From Lama glama (Eukaryota), in the NCBI GenBank assembly GCA_028534125.1, contig CM052816.1, forward strand, positions 4,838,001 through 4,902,000: a stretch of 64,000 bases of DNA, written 5' to 3'. This document shows positions 12,937-24,820 of the stretch, one piece after another; position 1 is the first letter of the stretch; each line of letters starts with the position of its first letter. The notes under the pieces are model-generated. The model had not been told where the DNA came from and did not search any database. It saw nothing but the letters and a program-made list of their open reading frames with translations. The translations under genes and the position numbers were made by a program.

Positions 12937-13734
12937 CAAAATAATGGGCCAAACCCAATAGCAAAATTTAAGGAAACAAAACCCTGACATAATTAAGTGT
13001 TAGGGAAAAATAAGATTCACCAAGTGATTCTGATGTGCACCCCTTGTTAAGGCCCCCTGCACAGGATGGATCTCTGACGTCCTTTCCCTTTAACATACTA
13101 GGATTCTTTGACTGTAGGGAAAATCTCTCAGCAAAGGTCCTATAATGAACCAGAGGCTAGAATTTGGCAATAAAAAATGATGCCTCTATCCCAGCTCTCT
13201 GTTTTCTAAGTATAAAATCTATTTTAAAAGCATTTGTGCTATTTTATTGCTACCTCCTATAAGTATATTCCAAGGATTAACTGTTCCCTGGTTAACACAC
13301 TCTCCCACAACTCCTCAGGGCTCAATCCTTCTTTAGCTTGGATCATGCCCTCTGGTTCTTGTATTTGATAAAAGCTGAAAGAGGCTTGGAACATCTTTCA
13401 TTTCTGTTACCATCAGAAATTTGTGTAGCTCAACAGGGTCACCTCTGAGTCTCTGCTTTTGCAAGGAATACAGATTTGGTTTCTATAGTTTGGTTTAAAA
13501 GGAAAATGCCTGTTCTGTGGTACACATACATATAGTGCGCCTGCCTCATCCTCCACGTCTTCTGAATTCAACAATCAGAACTAAACTTCCCAGTCTTCTC
13601 TTTCTTGCCCCCAAATATGGCCCCCAACTATTATTGTTAAAAACTTGGACAGACAGAAAATATAAAGAAGAAAATAAAAATTACTATAATCTCACTGAGT
13701 GAAATCATTTTTCCTCCCAAATATTCCCCTTACC

Positions 13735-14115
13735 TGTCTTATTCATCTCAGGATGCTCTAACAAAGTACTATATCGACTGGGTAGCTTATAAATAGACAC
13801 TGATTTTCTTGCAGTTCTGGAGGCTGGAAGTCCAAGTCAAGGTGCCAGCACATTCGGGTTCTGAGGAGGGCCCTCTCCTGGGATGCAGACTGCCGACTTC
13901 TCACTGTACCCTCACACAGCAGAGAGCAGAAGCAAGTCCTCTCATGACTCTCATAAGGGCACTAATCTCATCCTGAGGGCTCCATCCTCATGACCTCAGC
14001 TCATCCTGATCACCTCCCACAGGCCTCACCTCCTAACACCATCCATTGGGGGAAAGGGTTTCAACATACGAATTGAGGTGGGGGTGGGGGGAACATAAAA
14101 CATTCAGTTAGTGGT
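13735..14115 (-). mobile_element. MLT1A-type ERVL-MaLR solo LTR
   Basis: cagttctggaggctggaagtccaagtcaaggtgccagca...ataagggcactaatctcatcctgagggctccatcctcatgacc are MLT1A hallmarks. Confidence 0.88.
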
Positions 14116-14349
14116 ACCGTATTGGTCCTGTTTCTCAGGCCCCAAACCCAGGAATTATGCTTGGTTCCTCTCTCTCTTCCTGACCACTTCATATATCCTG
14201 AATCCAGCCTCATCTTTCTGTTTCCATTCCTACCACCATAGACCAAGGTGCCATCATCTCTTACCTGGGTTTCTCATCTCATTTAGTCTCCCTGATAAAT
14301 TGCTGAAGGAATGAAAACTATTGACTGATAGAACCAGGAAACAAAAATA

Positions 14350-14860
14350 TCCAGACTGGCTTGAAGAATTAGGCTAAATCTAACCAAACTGAATTTAATG
14401 TAAATAAACATTAGCCTATGCATTTACTTTCCAAAACCCCATGGGCACAAGTTACAAGATGTATAAAGGACGTGGGTGGTTTATTTGACTGCAAGCTCAA
14501 TTAAGAAAGCAATGCGATGTACCCAACCAAAAAAATAAAAGTTCTTACTACTTTAGCTGAATGAGTAAAAATGCAGAGTCCAGTACATAGTGCATAATAT
14601 AACTCTTTTGGGACGCCTCATACACAATGTTTCATTCTGGGGACCAGATTTGATAGATAGATAGACAGACAGGCAGACAGATAGATAGATGGACAGATAT
14701 CCACAAGTGATCAGAAGGATTCTGAGCAGAGCTAAACTGGGTCACACGAGCAACAGCTGAATGAACAGGGGATGCTTATCTGGAGAAGAGAAGACTGAGG
14801 GTCTAAAGGGCACACCCTACACTTGGAACACTTGAAGGCTTTGCCCCTGCCAGGAGGAGA
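14350..14860 (+). mobile_element. L3/CR1 LINE fragment, interrupted by a (GATA/GACA)n microsatellite at about 14651-14698
   Basis: ttgactgcaagctcaa...gcaatgcgatg and ctggagaagagaagactgaggg resemble CR1/L3 ORF2. Confidence 0.65.
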
Positions 14861-14911
14861 AAGTCCCCAGCGATGTAGCTCCAGAAGCAGGGGCAGACTT
14901 TGGTTCAAAAG

Positions 14912-15232
14912 AAATCCTCATGTCCTTCACAGCTCAGCTGGAATGACACCTCCTCAGAGAAGCCTGCCTTGATTAGTCTGTCGAATGATCCCAGTCAGTC
15001 TCCACCACATTACCCTGTTTCATTCCCTTCCTTGCACTTACTGCCAGCTAGACTTATCCTGGTTTTCGCTTAGATGGATGCTACCTCCCCAATTCTAATG
15101 TACCATCTGTGAGAGCAGAAATCTTATTTATTGTGTTGACCGTAATATTCCAGGACCCAGAAAAGTGTCTGGCACATAGCAGGAGCTCAGTAAATATTCC
15201 CTGACTAAAGGAATGAATGAGTAAATGAATGC
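14912..15232 (+). mobile_element. L2 3' end
   Basis: cacctcctcagagaagcct...gtgtctggcacatagcaggagctcagtaaata...gaatgaatga tail. Confidence 0.85.
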
Positions 15233-16359
15233 CTTCCTCCCCACAGCAGCTTCCAGGACGAAAGGGTCATGAAGAGCCGTTCTCAAGGAGACCTGGTTAA
15301 AGCATTTGGGTGCCAGCTGGGAAAAGAGGTTGCAGAGTTGAATTCATTATCTCCTGCATCCTGGGGCGTTTCCTTCACTCAGTATTTTTCGTTCCGTGAC
15401 TTGATCTGCAGATCCAGGACTACAAATTCCTTGGATGTCCCTGGCCTCAGGTTGTCCTTGGATCAGAGCCTTCATGCTAGATCATGTGGAGGTGTTTGGA
15501 GACCCAGGCTCCTGCAGAAACTAAGAGGAAGATTCCAGAATGCTATTCTACAACCCGGGACATTCCTTCCTGAAGGGTAAACTGAATTGAGCAGGCGGAT
15601 TTTGACTTCAGTCACGTCTTTAGAAGGCTGCTTGAAATGTACAGCCATTAAAATAACAACAGTGATCCTTGCCTAAAGACATGAAAACCTACCACAGGTA
15701 TATTTTTAAATTGAAAAGCAGGTTAGAAAACGATGCATTGAATATGATCCCATTTTTGTTGTAAAATAAAATACATATAAAAAGCCTGGCAGAAAATATA
15801 CCAAAATGTCAACTGTGTGCACTAGGTAGGGAGAACATGGGTGCCTTTATTTTCTTTTTTATAATTAAAATAACATTTTACAACTATGCAACGGCAATTT
15901 TTAATTTTCATAATTTAAAAAATTGGTATTTTGGGTTAAAAAGCTGGTTTGTCAGAAAAGGTTGTTTGATCTTAGGCTTGAGACAAATAGGGAAACCAGA
16001 GACAGGAGGGCAGTTTACATTTGGGGAACACTTCCTGCCTACGAACAACTGCACTAAACACTTTTCCTGCTTTGTCCCCTTTAGTCTTTACAACCCTCCC
16101 ATGAAGTGATAGCCCCATTTTAGAGCTTGGAAAACTGAGACTTAGGAATGGTTAGCAATTTGCTGAAGTCGTACTATTTAGCACAGATGATTAAATCCAG
16201 CTCTGCGTAATTTGTGCTGGTGATTCGACAGTTAAGACATCCTTTCTCCCTCTACACTGGCAAATCTGAGGCTGGAGTTGAAGTACCAGTCCTTGGGTTT
16301 TGGTGGACTTAACACTTGCTGAGTCTTCTCAAAGTTTCAGATTCTGCTGTCAATGGTCA

Positions 16360-16522
16360 AGATTGTTACTCATGGAATGGCATCTGGCAGCACAAACACC
16401 ACCTGGGAGCTTATTAGAAATGAAGGATCTCAGGACCAGCCCAGACCTACTGAATCAGAATCTGCATTTCAACAAGATGTCTGCGTGATTCACCCACACA
16501 TCACAATTTGAGAAGTGCTTGT
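16360..16522. mobile_element. MER5A-like hAT transposon
   Basis: cacctgggagcttattagaaatg...ccagacctactgaatcagaatctgcatttcaacaagat. Confidence 0.85.
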
Positions 16523-16775
16523 CTAAAAATGCCTCCCCAGCCCTACTCCCTGCCCAGGTTGCTATGGAAACCATCATCCCCAGCCTCTCTACCAAAGTCC
16601 AGCCTCTTCCCCCAAAGCAAAGTGCTCTGTCAGACACTCATAGAAGCCTTAGGCCCAAGAGGAGAAAAGCTATTTCCAAAGGCACTTTATTAATCAAAAT
16701 AATGCCTGGCACTTCATGGTTTAGATGCATAAGCCTCAGAGATAGCTGGACCTGGTCCCTCTACAACAGCCAGAG

Positions 16776-16982
16776 CTGTGGTGTGTGGGTATATGTTTAA
16801 CCACCGGCTTGGGGTGGAGCCCTGATTTGTAACACTTGCCAATTTCCATGGAGTAAATACTTCCACCAGGGCCAGTTTCAAAGCCACCAAGGTGATGTCA
16901 CTGAACGGAGAGCTGGGAAGGGATGTGTGCAATTGGATCACACGAGCAGGCACAAGCAGGTACCAGCTTCAGCACGTCACTC
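16776..16982 (-). mobile_element. MER63A-like hAT-Blackjack transposon
   Basis: gccctgatttgtaacacttgccaatttccatggagtaaatacttccacca...gatgtcactgaacggagagctgggaag; ends resemble cagtggtgtgctg TIRs. Confidence 0.75.
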
Positions 16983-18259
16983 AGCCAGAACCTAATTTTT
17001 CGGAGTCAGGATCCTTCCTATAAGAGGGGAAGCCACAGCATTATTCCAGCTAATGAGGACATAATGTTTTATTGTTGGCTTCCACAACCATTTAAATTTA
17101 TCCACTTCTAATTAGTTTTGGAAAACAGAAAATGACTCGCCAAATATACTCTGCAACAGCCTGGCAGACCGTAAAATTGTCTGTGCTGGCTGTTCTCTCA
17201 GAAAACAGAGGGAGTCTTGAGTTTTCCATGGAGAAGGGTTGGGAAGCCCTGGCTCAGCCTCATGAATGAAACATTTCCAGTAGCTCCTAGGTGGGAGGAG
17301 AAAGGGGTTCAGGCAAAGCCTGCGCCATGTATTTTCCCCTAAATCTCCCATGTCTACTCTTGTCATTCATTTCTCAACAGGGACAAGGTATAGCAGCTGT
17401 GTAGTTTTGGGTTAGGAAGACAGAAAGTTAGAAATCTAAGGAGGAGCTGGATTGACAGAAAGGAGACAGAAGACAGCATGGGTGATGGAAAATCGGGAAC
17501 GTATGGAAGGAGGAAACAAGAACTATTTGAAAAATATTGCAGAAGTCTGTTTGGCTGGAGGAGAAAGTTGTTAATTTCCGTCATCTTGATTTGTCCCCAC
17601 TGACCTCATGAGCCCCTGACCATGTCCCAAGCTCTATGCTAAGCATTTTAAGTCAGTTATCTCATTGACTCTTTACAGAAATCCTTTACCTTCACTACCA
17701 CCACCACCACCAGTACCATCATGATCATCATCACCACCTCCATTTTACAGAGGAGGAAACTGTGGTTTAAAGAATTTAAGATACTTGATGCAAGCCATAA
17801 AGCTATGAAGAAAGGGAGGCAGAAGTCCAACCCAGGTCTACCTGATTCTGAAGCCCATGCTGTAAGCAGTGCAATGCATCACCTCTAAATACGTGTGAGT
17901 GGTGGGGACATGGGCGGAAAGGGAGATGTCCCTTTCTGAAAAAGGTTCCAAGAAACCTCTCTGAGCAGGCAAAGAGGCAAAAGGAGTGGAGAGGAAAGGG
18001 CCCACTGACACCCCTGGGGTCCTGAGGGCTGAGAGTGGAGTGCCTAACATCCAACAGCCTCACCTATCAGTTTCTGCCCAGTTCAGACCACTCCTGGGTG
18101 CCATGCTGAGTTCCCGAAATGACATTTTCAGAGAAACGCTGACAAATCAATACATAAGCAGGGGGGAACGACTAGAGGGTGGGAGGTTTCCAAAGTTGCC
18201 TTTGTTAGAAAGGAATCAGGCCAGGAAGGATGAGGCTTAACCCAACAGACACATTTTTC

Positions 18260-18625
18260 AGAGATTGCCGGTTGATCACAAAACCGTGTTCCTCTTCTTC
18301 TGGGGCACACAGCCGGACCACATTTTGCAGCTGTCCTTGCTGTGGCAAGAGTGGGCACAGACTGAGCTCTAGCCAGTGGAGTATGAGTGGAAATGATGTA
18401 ATACTCCTCCAGGCTTGGCTCCTAAAAAATCTCCCATGTGCAATCCTCTGTGCTCTTTCTCCTTCCATACTGAACGTGGAAGCCAGTCGCTGAAGAAAGC
18501 AGAGCCACAAGATGGAAGGAGTCTGGTCTCTGGATTACTACTTGGAGGCGAGCCTCTCACCAGTCAGAAACACTGAATTAAACTTTATGTGAACAAGAAA
18601 TCAACTTGTATTTATTAAGATTTTT
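18260..18625 (+). mobile_element. Old MLT1 (MLT1J-like) MaLR LTR
   Basis: gactgagctctagccagtggagtatgagtggaaatgatg...gcagagccacaagatggaaggagtctgg...atgtgaacaagaaatcaactt. Confidence 0.75.
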
Positions 18626-18790
18626 TTTAAGACACCCTCGCCAAAGCAACTGAAGAAAACTCAGGGGCAGAAAATGATCACGATTTCCAACTTCAAATAT
18701 CTAACGAGCCACCATAAGTTGAAAGATTTCTTGATGTTACTTCAAGGTAGGGAACTAAGACCAGGAGGAGTATCAGAAAGGGGACTAATC

Positions 18791-19030
18791 AAGGGGGCGG
18801 AGGGTGGGAAGGGATAGATGGGATTTCAAAATTATAGAACAGATAAACAAGATTATACTGTAAAGCATAGGGAAATATACACAAGATCTTATGGTAGCTC
18901 ACAGAGAAAAAAATGTGACAATGAATATATGTATGTTCATGTATAACTGAAAAATTGTGCTCTACACTGGAATTTGACACAACATTGTAAAATGATTACA
19001 ACTCAATAAAAAATGTTAAAAAAAAAAAAC
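18791..19030 (+). mobile_element. Young camelid-type L1 3' UTR with poly(A)
   Basis: gggtgggaagggatagatgggatttcaaaatt...gtataactgaaaaattgtgctctacactggaatttgacacaacattgtaaaatg...aataaaaaatgttaaaa. Confidence 0.85.
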
Positions 19031-19046
19031 CAAACATGTTGGGGGG

Positions 19047-19464
19047 ATGGACCTAGAGATTATCATACTAAGTGAAGTCAGTCAGACAGAGAAAGACAAA
19101 TATCATGTGATATCACTTATATGTGGAATCTAAAGAAATGACACAAATGAACTTATTTACAAAACAGAAACAGACCCAGGGACATAGAAAACAAACTTAT
19201 GGTTACCAAAGGGGAAAGTGGGGAGGGATAAATCAGTAGTTCCGAATTAGCAGATATAAACTAGTACAAACAAAATAGATAACCAACAAGGTCCTACTGT
19301 ATAGCACAAGGAACTGTATTTGATATTTTGTAATAGCCTATAATGAAAAAGACTATGAAAAAGAACATTTGTGTATAACTGAATCACCATGCTGTACACC
19401 AGAAACTAACACAACACTGTAAATCAATTTTACTTCAATAAAAAAAAAATGTAAAAAAAAAAAA
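19047..19464 (+). mobile_element. Artiodactyl-type L1 3' end with poly(A)
   Basis: atggacctagagattatcatactaagtgaagtcagtcagacagagaaagacaaatatcat...gctgtacaccagaaactaacacaacactgtaaatcaa. Confidence 0.9.
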
Positions 19465-19689
19465 GGGGGACTGATCGTGCTCCAGCATAAGGGGAAAAAA
19501 TTCCTAACAATCAGAGATATCCAAAGATCTGGCTCCTGCCTGCTCTGCAGCCTCCTCTCCCATCGTTCTCCCCTTGGCTACCCACCCTTCCTTCTGGTCC
19601 ATGAGCACCCTGAGCTCTTTCTGGCGCCTGGGTCAGTGTGCATGCAGATCCCTCCACCTCAAACGCCCTTCCTGACTCCCCACAGGCCT

Positions 19690-20190
19690 TATTCAGATAT
19701 TCATGCAACAGCTGTGTACTGTTCCAGGCCCAGGCCACGTCAGGCACTGTTCTGGGTGCTTGGGGTACAGCAGGGAACAAAAGAGGCAGCAATCACCGCC
19801 CCGGTGGAACTTGAATCCTAGCCAGAGGTAAACACTGTAAACAATGAACACAATAAATCAGTGATGTAGTACGTTAGGTGATGAGTGCTCTGGAATAAAG
19901 AGAAAGCTGGATCAGGAGTTCTGGGGCAAGAGGTGAGGGTGGTAAGAGCCAAGCAGCCGTTTGAAGTAGGGTGGATACGGAGATGGCAGGGCTCACTGAG
20001 AAGTTGATACTTGAGCCAATACTCGAGAGAGGTGAGGAAATCAGGGAATATCTGGGGCAGTGCTGTCCAGGCTGCGGGAACGGCTAGAGCAAAGGCCCTG
20101 GGTGGGAGCGTCTCTGGCGTGTTCAAAGAAGAGCAAGGGGACTGGTGTGACTGGAATGCAGGGAGGCGATGTCGTGAGAGAGGGGATGAG
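19690..20190 (-). mobile_element. L2 fragment
   Basis: caggcactgttctgggtgcttggggtacagcagggaacaa...gcaaaggccctgggtgggag, antisense L2 3' region. Confidence 0.8.
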
Positions 20191-20329
20191 AGAGGCAAGG
20201 GCGCCACCCCAGGCTTCAGATCACATGTCACTTCCTCCAGGAGGCCTGCGTGAACCCCCAAATCTGAACTACACGTCCCTGCCCCAATCCCACGACTCTC
20301 CCTCAAGGCACACTTGCCTTTTATGACAC

Positions 20330-20738
20330 TGTACACGTCTGCTAGGGCTGCCGCGACAAAGCGCCACAGACCAGGAGGACTCAACAACACAAAGGTGTTG
20401 TCTCCTAGTTGTGGGGGCCAGAAGTCCGAGACCAAGGGGAGAGCAGGCTCGCTTCCTTCCGGGAACCGTGAGGGGAGGCCCTCTTCTGAGCCTCTCTCCT
20501 CGGCTTCTAGATGACCATCTTCTTCCTAAGTGTCTTCACACTGTCTTCCCTCCACGCATTCCTCTGTGTCCTGATTTCCCTTTCTATCCTTATGCCCACC
20601 ATTCATGTTGAATTAGGGACCACTCCAATGACGTCAGTTTAACCTGATTACCTCTGTGAGGACCCTGTCTCCAAATCAGGTCACAAGGGTTAGAATTTCA
20701 GTGTAAGCATTTCAGGGAAGATAATTCGGTCCATAACA
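20330..20738 (-). mobile_element. MLT1B/C-type MaLR solo LTR
   Basis: TG...CA termini, 5-bp TSD gacac/gacat, internal gctagggctgccgcgacaaa and gaccctgtctccaaatcaggtcaca. Confidence 0.88.
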
Positions 20739-21665
20739 GACATCGTTAAGTTATCATTATTTTATCCATGCAGTTAATTGTTTCATGTCTGTAACTCCCA
20801 CCAGACTGTAGGTGCCACCAAGGCAGGGGACCAAGTTGATTTCAGTCATTTCACTGCACCCAGCACTTAGCTCAGGGCTTGCCAGGAGCTCAGTTGCTAC
20901 TTGGTGCTTAATTACTGTTTGCAGATCAAGTGAATGGCTGTTGGAACAAACTGCCTCCAGAGGCAGTGGTTGCCCAACCTTGGAGCTGTTAGGTTGAGGT
21001 TTGGTGGTCACGTGGTGGTGACTCAGCCACCACAGGGCATGGGAGACAGAGCAAATTCTAAAATCCTTTTCCACCCTTAGAGTTTGTAATTCCCTGGCAT
21101 TCCTGAAACAAAGCCCTAAATTCACTTTGTTTTGCTGCAAACAGGCAGAGCAACCTCTTCTTGTCCTTCAGTTCTGCAGGGTTCTTTCTTTCCATTTAAA
21201 ATCCTCTTCCCTCAGGGCTGCCCCTCAGGGATGTGCTGTGTTCTGTTGACAAATTAGAAATCCTGCTGGGTTTCCAGCTTGATACTGCCCATCAGCCGTT
21301 TCAAAGAACAACCAGGTAATAATTCCTTCAGTTTAAAGGAAGCTGGGTTTACTCAGCTCTCTTCTCTCCCTCACGCCCCTTGCAATCCCCTAAACACAGC
21401 CAGTTGGCTATGGAAGGACCCTGGATAATGAGTACGTAAAACCCTTCTGGACAGAGACCAGTAAAGCACCCAAAGATTCATCTGGAGACACACACAGCAA
21501 AATGGCAAAGAGAGCAAAGGCATATTGTAGACTTAGGTCCCCACTCCCTGTCCAGATGCTGATTTACAGTGGAACTTCAGAGATGTCATTTAACCTCTCT
21601 GGTTTCCTCATCTATAAACTGGAGATAATACTAATGGGGTTTGCATCACAACGAACAGGGGTATC

Positions 21666-21992
21666 AACTTATTTACAAAACAGAAACAGACTCACAGACA
21701 TAGAAAACAAATTTATGGTTATCGGGGTGGGGAAGAGAGTGGGAAGGGATAAATTGAGAATTCTAGATTTGCAGATACTAACTAATATACATAAAATAGA
21801 TAAACAAGTTTATGCTATATAGTGCAGGGAACTATATTCAATATCTTTTAGTAACTTATGGTGAAATAGAAGGTGAAAACGAATACATGTATGTTCCTGT
21901 ATGACTGAAGCATTGTGCTGTGCACCAGAAATTGATGCAACATTGTAAACTGACTACATGTCAATAAAAATATATTAAAAAATAAAATAAAA
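21666..21992 (+). mobile_element. Camelid/artiodactyl L1 3' UTR
   Basis: aacttatttacaaaacagaaacagactcacagacatagaaaacaaa...gcaccagaaattgatgcaacattgtaaactgactac plus A-rich tail. Confidence 0.9.
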
Positions 21993-22524
21993 ATGCACAC
22001 TATGAAGGCTTACATGCATTACTCTAATGTGAAATGTTTTCTTACAATCTAATGGTACAGATATCACCATCCTGAAAGCCTGATAAAACCTGGCCCCTGA
22101 CTCTCTAAATTCACCCGGAGCCCCTCTCCAGCTAGTTTCATATTAGTTCCTTAAACACACAAGTTCTTCCCTGCCTGGGACCTCTTTCCTCTGCCAACAG
22201 TTTTCCCTCCCCCATTTACCATGTCTCGATGCTTCTTTTCCCTTAGTTCTCAGGTATAACCTTGCTTTCTAAGAGAAGTTTTTCTTATCTTGTCCATCCT
22301 GCCTAGAATGGATGCCCCTCTCCCAAGCGTCCCTACTGTGACACAGGCGATGGATGACACTCGCATGCACAGCACCCCTCCACGGAGACCCTCAGGGTCA
22401 CACACAGCTCCCAGTCAGGACAGGACTTTCTCACCTGGCCAGGGAAGCACCCTACAGCACAGAGACACCAGAAGGTGAGCAAGTAATCAATGGAATCCCT
22501 CGATATGTTCACAGTTATTAGCGT

Positions 22525-22770
22525 GGGAAGTGGTTGTGCGCAGTGGCTAGGACACAGCCTTTAGTGAAAGAACACGGCTTCAAATATTGGTTCTAATCCT
22601 TTCTAGCTATGTGACCCTTAGCAAATTGGCTTACCTCTCTGAGCCTCAGTTTTTGTAAACTGGGGATACCAACACCCATCTCATAGGGTCCCAGTAATGA
22701 TAACACATACAAAGCTCTTTGCAGCAGGCTTGGCACACAGCATGCATTCAGGAAGTGTTCGCTAATAACA
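22525..22770 (+). mobile_element. MIR SINE, near full length (representative of many MIR fragments, e.g. near 8.5, 16.1, 17.7, 24.2, 25.2-25.6, 26.5, 29.7, 30.3, 34.8, 37.1, 40.5, 44.7, 51.0, 63.5 kb)
   Basis: MIR core ctagctatgtgacccttagcaaattggcttacctctctgagcctcagtttttgtaaactgggga. Confidence 0.88.
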
Positions 22771-24577
22771 GCAGCCATCATGCCACTAAAAATGACTTGA
22801 GAAATCCTCCAAAAATGACCACAGCACACTAGACAAGTTGGTTCTGAGCGACCTTGTTCAAGAGTTTTGCCCACAGAAGGTGGAGAGTTGGACAGTTGGT
22901 ATGATGAAGTTCAGGATGAAGCTGGACCACTCTAGCAGAAACCTTGCCAACTTCCATGGCGTTTTCTCATTGAGAACTAGATCCCCTCAGAGAGAATGGA
23001 AGGAGAAAAGGTCAGAGAACCCTTAAAGAGCTACAGTGATAAATCAGGGGAGAGAACCTGGCAGACCCAGCAAACACTTACAAGCAAAATGCACCTACAA
23101 ATCTCTTTGGAAGGCTTCAGAAAAGAGGAAGGGGTTGGCCTTAAAGTACTGGTAAGATGTGGGTGGGAGGGGAGGGGCAGGACAGAGCCAGGTAAGCAAG
23201 AAAAGGAGGGACACGTAGCCAAAGCAGAGAGTTGGTGCCAGAGAGCGGTGAGCAATCTCCTTGTCCTCTCCTCCTTGCCTCTTCCACTCTCCTCTGCCCT
23301 TCCTGAAATAACTCAGCCCTTTGGCTAAGCTATCAGGATGTTCTAAGTTGGTTCTGCTTGCAGTATTTCCCCAGCTAGCTAATTAAACATAGCACATTTA
23401 ATTGAATCATAGTGAAGCCCAGAGCTGATGTCTCTACACCCGGAGGGAGAAAGGCGGAGTGTGATGGAACCAACTGTGTCTTCCTGGTGCCAGCTACAAT
23501 ACTGCAGATATTTTCAAAGCACAGCATAAAAAGCATGATATTTGAGGCAACATCATGTAGAGATTAGAGTAATCTCTCCAACAAGAGAAGAGAAGATATC
23601 CCTTTCATACAACAACACTTCAGTAAATTTTGTTTAGCTTGCGTAGGATACAGTTAATTACAGTAATTTATCAAAGTGGCATAAGGTGGTATTCACACAC
23701 ACAGAGTATTTTCCCACAGTGGAAAATCCTTAGTTTCATAGAAGCTGAAGCTAGTACTAATTGAATTTTCACTTGGGTAGATAAAATCTTTAACAACTCT
23801 GGAATAACTAAGTGCTCTTTGCTTAATGATGTGGATCGGGATGATTTACAACACCTTTCACACAATCATGCTAATTTAGCTTTCATATGATTAATTAAAA
23901 CAATATGTTCGTTCTTCCTAAAGTGGAATTAGGGCACCGAAGGAGTTGGCTTCTATAACTAACTTCCCTACCCAGCAATAAAATCAATTTTCACACATTG
24001 TCTTCGAGAATGATACAAGTACAAGGGGACCCTATGGGGACATTGTCAAGTTCAACTTTGCTCCTTGGAAGGCAGCAAAGGTGAGTCTGATGGGCAGAAA
24101 GAGGTGTCTAGGACTTCTGAGCTGAAGAGGACCTTTGAGACAACCTCATGATAATCCCTCATTTTGCAGATGAGAAAACTGAGGCTTGGCGAAGCCAACA
24201 AGCTGTCCCCAGCTCAGAAGGCCCCATTTCTGGCAGAATTGATATCAGTATCCAGCAACCCTGAGGCTTAACCCAGTCTTCTGGAGAAAGAGCTGGGAGT
24301 CAGCAAACCTGGGCTTAAGACCCAATTTTGCTGCTGTCTCACGGCGGAACGTTGCAAGCAGGAGTCTCGTTCTCTCGCCTTCCTCTTCATAGAACTGGGG
24401 AAATGATAGCACTTGTACCATCGATATTCCACATTGAGAGGCCTATGAGGTGGATGAGGTTTATCAGAAGCACTCCTGCATCCCTAACCTCCATCTTCTC
24501 CTGAATTTCCCGGATCTCTGCCTCAGTGCCGTATTACCCTCCAGTCCTTAGACTGCTCAAAAGGGGCCCTCTTATGT

Positions 24578-24820
24578 AAACTAGGAGTTTGGGATTAACA
24601 GATACACAGTACTATACATAAAATAAATAAACAACAAGAACCTACTATATAGCACAGAGAACTCTATTCAATTTCTCGTAATAACATATAATGGAAAAGA
24701 ATCTGAAAAGAAAAAATATATATGTGTATATATATACATGTGTGTGTGTGTGTATAACTCAGTTGCTTTGCTGTACCCTGAAACTAACATTGTCAGTCAA
24801 CTATATTTCAACTAAAAAAA
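24578..24820 (+). mobile_element. Artiodactyl L1 3' UTR fragment
   Basis: aggagtttgggattaacagatacacagtactatacataaaataaataaacaacaagaacctactatatagcacag; partial TSD aggggcc(c/t)tctt. Confidence 0.85.

Noticed and set aside
19818..20435. Longest non-gap ORF (205 aa)
   Set aside because: Spans an L2 fragment and an MLT1 LTR; no recognisable domain; chance ORF in GC-richer repeats.
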